Positions 58,039 to 64,000 of a stretch of DNA of 64,000 nt are shown in pieces; positions within the stretch are counted from its first letter, which is position 1, and the number at the start of each line of letters is the position of its first letter. Both the position numbers and the translations under genes were made by a program. The notes below the pieces were generated by a model. It worked only from the letters and a program-made list of their open reading frames with translations. It made no database searches and was not told where the DNA came from. The stretch spans positions 1 through 64,000 of the forward strand of contig JASFYY010000078.1 of NCBI GenBank assembly GCA_045046875.1. Direction: 5' to 3'. Source of the DNA: Verrucomicrobiota bacterium (lineage in GTDB: Bacteria; Verrucomicrobiota; Verrucomicrobiia; Verrucomicrobiales; DEV007).

Positions 58039-59382
58039 TTAAGCAGAGCTGCAGTCGGAAAATCCAGAATAATAACGGCAGAAGGAATCGAGCTTGCCAT
58101 CCGGCCGGATGACATGAGTGCAGCAGCGGTCGATACGGTCGTCGTCCCAGCTTTGCGCGTCCATGAAGGGTTTGATCAGCAGGCGGAAGGTGTGCGATGC
58201 GGCGAGCTCGAATTGTTTGAGCAGCGCGCCGAGTGGTTCGGAATCGCAGCCGCAATTTTCTAGATCTTCGAGTCGGTAGCGTAGGCGGTCTGAGAGGAAT
58301 CCCTGCACTTCGCTGAAATCAACGAAGTCGCTGATCGAACGGATTTGGCCGTTGATTTTGAGTAAATAACCGATGGTCGCGCAGTTGGGATCACCGCAGG
58401 GCAGGGGAGTGAAGTCGGCGCTTTTGAGTTGTCCTTGCGATTGTTCGATCGCAGAGAGGATAATGTCAGCGACGTTGAGATGAGGCGCTGGCTCTGCGTT
58501 TTCATTGGCAATGCGGCCGCTGCCAAACATGGGTTGAAAGCTGATGCCGCGCACATGAGGGTATTGCAGGCCAAATGAAATGCTGTCCCAGATTTGGTTA
58601 AGGTTATCAGGGATGACCGTCATGGCTAGAGTGACGGGTAGCTTGATTTGCTCGCAGCGCTCGATGGCGAGTTGTTTGATTTTGCGTAAGTCGGCTCCGC
58701 GCAGGGTGTGGTGACCGGTTTCTCCCGGACCGTCGTATTGTAAATAAATCTGCATGTGTCCGCGTTTCACCGCGGTGCCAAGTTGTTGTAAAAAATGGTC
58801 GTCTTTGGCGATTAAGAGGCCGTTGGTATTGATCAGGATGTAATCGATCTTGTCATGAGCGTTAGCCCATTCGAGCAATTCGAAGAACTGCGGGTGTAGA
58901 GTGGGTTCACCGCCGGACAGTTGCAGGATTTCGATGCCGCCTTTGCGTGCGATGACTCCTGAGATGCGGGTTTTGATCTCATCGAGGGGAACGGCATCGA
59001 CCGGACCGGTGAGGGAATCGGCAAAACAAGTGGGGCATTTGAGATTGCATGAATTGACGATTTCGATCAGGGCGACACAGGTGGAGAGGCGTTCGAAGGC
59101 GGCGGTTCCGGCGGAGGAAGGACTGTTGGTTGCGCAGCAGGAGCCGCTGTCGCAGCACTCATCTTTCGTGGCTGGCGAGCCGTGTGATTCCCAATAGAAT
59201 TGGGAATCGGAGCTGAGCAGAGTCCATTGATCACCGTGATCGGGGCAGCTTCGTTTCATGAAAACCTGTGAGGGGGCTGCGCCGGACAACCAGACTTCGG
59301 CTGCGCATGAATCGTGGCATTCGAGGCAACGACTGCGGGTGGATTTGAGTTGCCGGGTGAGCTTGGGTGGGGTGGGTTCCAT
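58039..59382 (-). CDS. Radical SAM enzyme, Tes/GDGT-MAS (MJ0619)-like
   Basis: N-terminal CxxC..CxxHG, CNLKCPTC, SGGEPT, NTNG, YLQYDG, LRG, FQP, DFTPLPC, FMD..RCCTH..PDG..SFC.Y. Confidence 0.85.
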   Translation of the reverse strand: MEPTPPKLTRQLKSTRSRCLECHDSCAAEVWLSGAAPSQVFMKRSCPDHGDQWTLLSSDSQFYWESHGSPATKDECCDSGSCCATNSPSSAGTAAFERLSTCVALIEIVNSCNLKCPTCFADSLTGPVDAVPLDEIKTRISGVIARKGGIEILQLSGGEPTLHPQFFELLEWANAHDKIDYILINTNGLLIAKDDHFLQQLGTAVKRGHMQIYLQYDGPGETGHHTLRGADLRKIKQLAIERCEQIKLPVTLAMTVIPDNLNQIWDSISFGLQYPHVRGISFQPMFGSGRIANENAEPAPHLNVADIILSAIEQSQGQLKSADFTPLPCGDPNCATIGYLLKINGQIRSISDFVDFSEVQGFLSDRLRYRLEDLENCGCDSEPLGALLKQFELAASHTFRLLIKPFMDAQSWDDDRIDRCCTHVIRPDGKLDSFCRYYSGFSDCSSA

Positions 59383-59395
59383 GTGATAAGGGCAA

Positions 59396-59740
59396 TTAAA
59401 AACTACCGATAAGGCATCCGCCTATTCCCAGAGCGAATGCTGTAATAGAGCATAGAATGAAATACGTGAGGCTTCCAGAAACGGCCAATGCCAGAGATGT
59501 CGATGGGTTTATTCGTGAGAGGTGCCAAGAGCATATAGCACCTGCAAACAGTGGGACGAAATATAAGAGTGCATTCATTTTAGTAGAAAATTCTGAATCC
59601 CAGTCCAGCGGTGACAACCATCCTGGCATAAAAAACATCATTAATAGGGCAGGCGTGAATAAACTGCCAAAAAAAATCCAGTAGTTGAAACTCGGTGAGG
59701 ATTTTTTAGTTGGCGGGGGAAGAGGCTGTTCTGAATTCAT
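59396..59740 (-). CDS. Small 3-TM membrane protein ending IGGC-LIGSF
   Basis: 114 aa, three hydrophobic segments, 13 nt upstream of the radical SAM gene; paralogue of 59823-60161. Confidence 0.75.
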   Translation of the reverse strand: MNSEQPLPPPTKKSSPSFNYWIFFGSLFTPALLMMFFMPGWLSPLDWDSEFSTKMNALLYFVPLFAGAICSWHLSRINPSTSLALAVSGSLTYFILCSITAFALGIGGCLIGSF

Positions 59741-59822
59741 GATGGTAGGAGGTCACTTATACGATAGAGACTATCAAACAAACCACTTCAAGGGCAAACG
59801 CAACGGTGTGACATAGCAGGAT

Positions 59823-60161
59823 CTAACTAATAGCTATGATACATCCACCGAAACTGAGAGCCCCTGCTCCTAACGTTGATGCAACAAAAAGTCCAAGTCC
59901 GGTGAAAAATTTCTTTGTGGGAGAAAGGGATTGACGGGAACGCATTAGGATTTCGCAGCAGAAAGCGCCCGCTACTATCGACATCAGAAAGCATAGAAGC
60001 ATTAAATTGAGAGCGACGGTGAGTTGATCGCCTTTCATGAAGAGTTTGAGAATTAAGGTTATTACTCCAGGTGCGAGCATAAACATGAAAAACAGTCGAG
60101 GGCTGTATGGCGGGTTGTTTGGGTTTTTATCAGGTGGCTGAGTAGGGATGTTTGTATCCAT
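59823..60161 (-). CDS. Small 3-TM membrane protein ending FGGC-IIAIS
   Basis: 112 aa; shares the Pro-rich N-terminus, FF...P, AGAxC and terminal GGC-X5 with its neighbour. Confidence 0.75.
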   Translation of the reverse strand: MDTNIPTQPPDKNPNNPPYSPRLFFMFMLAPGVITLILKLFMKGDQLTVALNLMLLCFLMSIVAGAFCCEILMRSRQSLSPTKKFFTGLGLFVASTLGAGALSFGGCIIAIS

Positions 60162-60351
60162 GCAGGGATGCTAACAAAGCGAGGGTGAAAGGGGCAATCG
60201 TTTATCTCGATGGTTTTATCGCTTAGAGTGATGGCCTTGTTTTCTTAATCCGAGAAGAGTTGTTTTTCCTCTTTTCATCTGGAAAAACCCGATTACATAT
60301 ATCGCGCGGCGTAAAAAACAGGCGCGGCGACCATTTTTATCTGTAAATATT

Positions 60352-60777
60352 ATGTCTTTAGAAACCACACTTATCCTTCTCAAACCTGACTGCGTGACCA
60401 AATCTTTGTGCGGAGAGGTGATCAAGCGTTTTGAAGCCGAGGGTTTCAAAATTCGCGGAACGAAGATGATCAAGATGTCCGATGCGTTGTTGAATGAACA
60501 TTACGCGCATATTTCCGACAAACCGTTTTTCCCCAGTGTGGTTGAGTTCATGACTTCGTCGCCAATCATCGCCATGGCTTTGGACGGTGAGGATGTGATC
60601 GGTCGCGTGCGTGATTTGCTCGGGCCGACGGATTCGACCAAAGCGGATGCGGGAACGATTCGCGGTGATCTCGGTGTTGATACCCAGAACAATGTTTGTC
60701 ACGCTTCTGATTCTCAGGAATCGGCTGAAGTTGAGCTGAAGCGCTTTTTTAACGAAGGCGAGCTTTTTTCATACTAA
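60352..60777 (+). CDS. ndk: Nucleoside diphosphate kinase
   Basis: TLILLKPD, HY..H..KPFF, GTIRGD, NVCHASDS. Confidence 0.97.
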   Translation: MSLETTLILLKPDCVTKSLCGEVIKRFEAEGFKIRGTKMIKMSDALLNEHYAHISDKPFFPSVVEFMTSSPIIAMALDGEDVIGRVRDLLGPTDSTKADAGTIRGDLGVDTQNNVCHASDSQESAEVELKRFFNEGELFSY

Positions 60778-60835
60778 GTAATAAGGACCAGCAGGGTTAA
60801 AAGAAGAGCGGGTAATAGGTCCAATAGTGGGAACT

Positions 60836-61459
60836 TTAGCCGCGAACAATCGTGATCAGGAACGGAGCCTTGGCATTATCCGAGGCGGACCGGTGCTGCG
60901 TGACCGTGAACTGATCGCTTTTGAGGGTCTGGCAGAATGTTAGAATCGCGTCAGCTTCCTCAGAGCCTCCGGCATGTCCGATGTAGGCGACGATGGTAAC
61001 GATGCCGTTGGGCAAGAGCAGATCGAGGGCAGATCGCAGGGCTTGGAGGGTGGTTTGGGCTTGAGTGATCACTTGTTTGTCGCCGCCGGGCAGGTAGCCC
61101 AGGTTGAACATCACTGCTTGAATGGGCGTTTGGACCTGGTCAGATATTTTTTCGTGACCGACATGGTGCAAGTGAACCCGATCGAAGTCACGGTCGTGGA
61201 GTTTTTGTTGTGCGGATTGAATGGCTGCGCCTTGAATATCAAAACCATCAACACGGCCTTTTTTACCCACTAATTCGGCGAGGAAAAGGGTGTCATGGCC
61301 ATTGCCCAGCGTCGCGTCCACCACATGGTCGCCTGCCTCTACGTGTTGGCGGATCAGCTGATGCGCCCGCTCTGTGGGGCGCGCAACAAGTTTAATCATA
61401 GGAGGTCTGACCCCATATGATGAGTCGGCTGGCTGGGGATTGGAGTGGGATTCGGGCAT
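60836..61459 (-). CDS. SAM-dependent methyltransferase, YtqB/MnmM-like
   Basis: VDATLGNGHDT, GFDIQ, GHE, FNLGYLPGGDK, Y.GH.GG.EE. Confidence 0.85.
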   Translation of the reverse strand: MPESHSNPQPADSSYGVRPPMIKLVARPTERAHQLIRQHVEAGDHVVDATLGNGHDTLFLAELVGKKGRVDGFDIQGAAIQSAQQKLHDRDFDRVHLHHVGHEKISDQVQTPIQAVMFNLGYLPGGDKQVITQAQTTLQALRSALDLLLPNGIVTIVAYIGHAGGSEEADAILTFCQTLKSDQFTVTQHRSASDNAKAPFLITIVRG

Positions 61460-61471
61460 GGTTTGAGGGGC

Positions 61472-62539
61472 TTAGAAGTTTTTTTGTAGATCGACGGATT
61501 CTTCGATGGGGTGACCGTGGACGAGATGGTTGGCGAGCATGGCGGAGAGAAAGGGGCCGTTGAGTACGCCTTTTGAGCCGAGTCCGTTGAAAAAGGCGAG
61601 GTCTTTTTTGCTTTTGTCGGGATGGCAGCCGAGCAGGGCTTTGCTGTTCTCGATGATGGGGCGCACGGCGGCTTGGTGGTCGGTGATCTTAAAAGGCAAG
61701 TCAGTCATGGCGCGGATTTTGGCGCTGATCTCCTGGCGTCCGGCATCGGTGGCACGATGGTCGAGTTGTTGCCATTCGTAAGTCGAGCCGGAGCGGAATT
61801 TGCCGTTCCCTAGAGGGGCGATGAAGCCTGAGCGGTTGATGATGTGTTTTTCGCTCAGACCCGGGCAGCTGATTTCGAGCACTTCGCCTTTGGCGGGCTT
61901 GAATGGCACCCAGTCAAAGAGCGGGTTGCTCTTTTTGTTCCAGCCTTGGCAGAATACGACTTGTTGGTAGACTCGTTTCTGTTGATCCTGATGCCAGTGC
62001 CAACCGTCGGGGCGCAGTTCGAGGTCTTTGCTATTTAAATCGCCGGATTGGTAATATCCGCGTTCGGTGAATATGCGCCGAGATGCTTGCAGGAATTGGC
62101 TGACGTCGAGGTAGCCACCTTTCATCACAAAACCTCCGAAGCTGGCTTTGAGTTGGGAGGGATCAGCGAGGCTGGTTTGCAAAACATAATCAGCGAAGTC
62201 GGGTTCGCTCATGCGGTGGTTAAATTCGTCCTGCTCTTGTTTGTTTTTGAATAAACGTTGGATGGGCTTTTCGAAAAACAGAGAGCTAGAGGTTTTATTT
62301 TCAATCCAGCGATAGAGTTCTAGTGCGGCAGGAAAAAAGTCGTCCAAGCGCCAGGTTTTGACCATGCGCATACCGGTGATTGGGGTGACGATGCCGCCGG
62401 CGACTTTTGAAGAGGTCAGTCTTTCTTCGCGGTCGACGATTTGCATACTTTGACCGAGGCGGTCCAGTTGCCATGCCAGCAGGGTGCCCGCCAGTCCCTG
62501 GCCGACGATTAAAATGGGCGCTGGTTTGGACGAGGTCAT
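61472..62539 (-). CDS. FAD-dependent oxidoreductase (DAO/glycine-oxidase, MnmC-oxidase-like)
   Basis: IVGQGLAG, SSKVAGG, KGE, GSTYE, AVRP, NGLGSKG. Confidence 0.85.
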   Translation of the reverse strand: MTSSKPAPILIVGQGLAGTLLAWQLDRLGQSMQIVDREERLTSSKVAGGIVTPITGMRMVKTWRLDDFFPAALELYRWIENKTSSSLFFEKPIQRLFKNKQEQDEFNHRMSEPDFADYVLQTSLADPSQLKASFGGFVMKGGYLDVSQFLQASRRIFTERGYYQSGDLNSKDLELRPDGWHWHQDQQKRVYQQVVFCQGWNKKSNPLFDWVPFKPAKGEVLEISCPGLSEKHIINRSGFIAPLGNGKFRSGSTYEWQQLDHRATDAGRQEISAKIRAMTDLPFKITDHQAAVRPIIENSKALLGCHPDKSKKDLAFFNGLGSKGVLNGPFLSAMLANHLVHGHPIEESVDLQKNF

Positions 62540-63381
62540 CGCAGTCGGACTTGATCAGCGCTGTGGATGATCTTTTGTTGGATGCCGTGAGCAGAGGAAG
62601 TTTCGAGGACCATTTCGCCATTGTCAGCAAAACCGATGACTTTACCGGTGATTTTTTCGGCTTCAAGAGTGGCGGTTATTTCATGTCCGATGAGCAAGCT
62701 TCGTTGCTGCAGTTCTTTGGAAACTGTTGAAAAATCCTGCAAAGCCCGGGGGTAGAGTTGATCAAAATTGGCGAGAAAGGCGGCGGCGATCTGGTGACGG
62801 TTCACCGAGTGGCGGCATTCTTCGTGCAGGGAGCTGGCGGTAGATTGCAGTTCGGCGGGGCGCTCGCTGCTGAGGGAGTTCACATTGATGCCCACACCGA
62901 CGATGTAATGAGCGCGGCCGGAAATGCTAGAGCTTTCGATGAGGATACCGGCGACTTTTTTGCCATTAACATAGATGTCATTGGGCCACTTGAGTTGGCT
63001 TACTATTTCCGGCAGTATTTGATCAAAGGTTCGAGCAATAGCGACGGCGACCAGGTGAGGCAATCGCATGCTGCGTTGGGCGAGGTTCGATTCGGTGAGA
63101 TCGGGGTAGAGCAGCAGGGAGAACAAAAGATCCCGGCCGGGGGGGGCACTCCATTGGTTGCCGCGTCGTCCACGTCCGGCGCTTTGGTTTTCGGCAAAAA
63201 CGATGCTTTTATTTTTGGCCATCGAGCGAGCTAAGAGTGAGGCTTCGTCGTTGGTGGAGGAGGTGGTGGAAAGAACATGGACTTCGCCCACCGCTGATTC
63301 AGCTTTGAGATCAAGAAGGGCACGACGAAGCTGGCTGGCGTCGAAAGCAGTGAGGTTGGGGTCGACGTTGGAGTCAGGCAT
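62536..63381 (-). CDS. birA: Biotin-[acetyl-CoA-carboxylase] ligase (no HTH domain)
   Basis: SSTN, Q.AGRGRRG..W, KWPND, KVAGILIE, GVGINV. Confidence 0.95.
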   Translation of the reverse strand: MPDSNVDPNLTAFDASQLRRALLDLKAESAVGEVHVLSTTSSTNDEASLLARSMAKNKSIVFAENQSAGRGRRGNQWSAPPGRDLLFSLLLYPDLTESNLAQRSMRLPHLVAVAIARTFDQILPEIVSQLKWPNDIYVNGKKVAGILIESSSISGRAHYIVGVGINVNSLSSERPAELQSTASSLHEECRHSVNRHQIAAAFLANFDQLYPRALQDFSTVSKELQQRSLLIGHEITATLEAEKITGKVIGFADNGEMVLETSSAHGIQQKIIHSADQVRLR

Positions 63382-64000
63382 GGCTTTGCAGTTCTAGCGA
63401 AAGATCCACTGACCGCACGGAGTGGGTCAGTGCGCCGACGGAGATGAAATCTACATTGCTGGCGGCAACGGCACTGATGGTATCAAGGGTGATGCCGCCG
63501 CTGGCTTCGAGTTTGATCGTGGGTGCAACTTGGTCGCGCAGAGTTACTGCCTGGCTTAGCATATCTGGATTCATGTTGTCGAGTAGGATCACATCAATGC
63601 CGGGGATCTTGAGGTAGGTATCAAGCTGTTCAAGAGTGTCCACTTCGAGTTCGATGGTGATGCTTGAGAATTGCTGGCGGGCTTGTTTGACTGCAGCGGT
63701 GATGTCCTCGGGTTCTCCGCCGGCGACGAGGTGGTTGTCTTTCACCATGATGGCGTCGTAGAGTCCGATGCGGTGATTGCGTCCACCGCCGGCTACGACG
63801 GCGGATTTTTCGAGAGCTCGCCAGCCCGGTGTGGTTTTACGCGTATCGAGCACTTGTGCTTTGCTGTTGGCGACCGCTTTGACGTAGTCCGCGGTAATAG
63901 TGGCGATACCGGATAGACGCTGGAGGAAATTAAGTGCGGTGCGTTCGGCGGTGAGGATCGATCGGGTTGATCCGCTGATGCTCATGAGCGAGAGGCCTGA
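63374..64000 (-). CDS. nadC: Nicotinate-nucleotide diphosphorylase (5' end outside window)
   Basis: ERTALNFLQRLSGIAT, DTRKTTPG, HR.GL.D..MVKDNH, E.EVD, LLDN, EASGG. Confidence 0.96.
   Translation of the reverse strand, partial: SGLSLMSISGSTRSILTAERTALNFLQRLSGIATITADYVKAVANSKAQVLDTRKTTPGWRALEKSAVVAGGGRNHRIGLYDAIMVKDNHLVAGGEPEDITAAVKQARQQFSSITIELEVDTLEQLDTYLKIPGIDVILLDNMNPDMLSQAVTLRDQVAPTIKLEASGGITLDTISAVAASNVDFISVGALTHSVRSVDLSLELQSHA

Noticed and set aside
58037..58255. 73-aa N-terminal extension of the Lgt-like ORF
   Set aside because: Overlaps the conserved radical SAM C-terminus; ATG 58036 follows its stop by 2 nt
58039..59382. Radical SAM as anaerobic sulfatase maturase for the neighbouring sulfatases
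   Set aside because: Lacks the C-terminal SPASM Cys pattern and has Tes-type N- and C-terminal motifs instead
1..64000. CRISPR array, tRNA, rRNA, riboswitch or autonomous transposase
   Set aside because: Repeats are dispersed palindromes, not regularly spaced repeat-spacer units; no cloverleaf, rRNA or transposase motifs recognised. Riboswitches cannot be fully excluded without an Rfam scan

Overview
Bacterial chromosomal window of moderate GC content. Gene content points to the PVC superphylum, most likely a Verrucomicrobiota member: DUF1592/DUF1552 pairs, a PVC-type haem-binding protein, and many secreted sulfatases and hydrolases. About 45 CDSs are supported, mostly secreted or periplasmic catabolic proteins, with housekeeping genes at the right end (ndk, birA, nadC, tRNA-modification-type genes). 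I found no rRNA, tRNA, CRISPR array or transposase. The best candidate for an undescribed system is a four-gene minus-strand cluster at 57308-60161. It has two small paralogous 3-TM proteins, each ending in a lipobox-like GGC followed by exactly five residues, then a Tes/GDGT-MAS (MJ0619)-like radical SAM enzyme, then a non-canonical Lgt paralogue. This suggests a pathway that attaches a modified lipid to a C-terminal cysteine, possibly releasing a ribosomal lipopeptide. The second theme is a set of small palindromic elements: a ~283 bp MITE with 21-bp TIRs and a ~9-bp TSD (4 copies) carrying a REP-like doublet, a ~30-nt module nested in its hairpin loops, GTAG/GTGG-type REP doublets with compensatory stems, and a REP doublet that appears to be translated in frame inside a signal peptide. 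Other points of interest are a receptor-like transmembrane metallophosphatase, a eukaryote-like UMP-CMP kinase fusion, a mosaic autotransporter and phased or palindromic operator candidates. All family assignments come from motif recognition by eye; no database searches were run.
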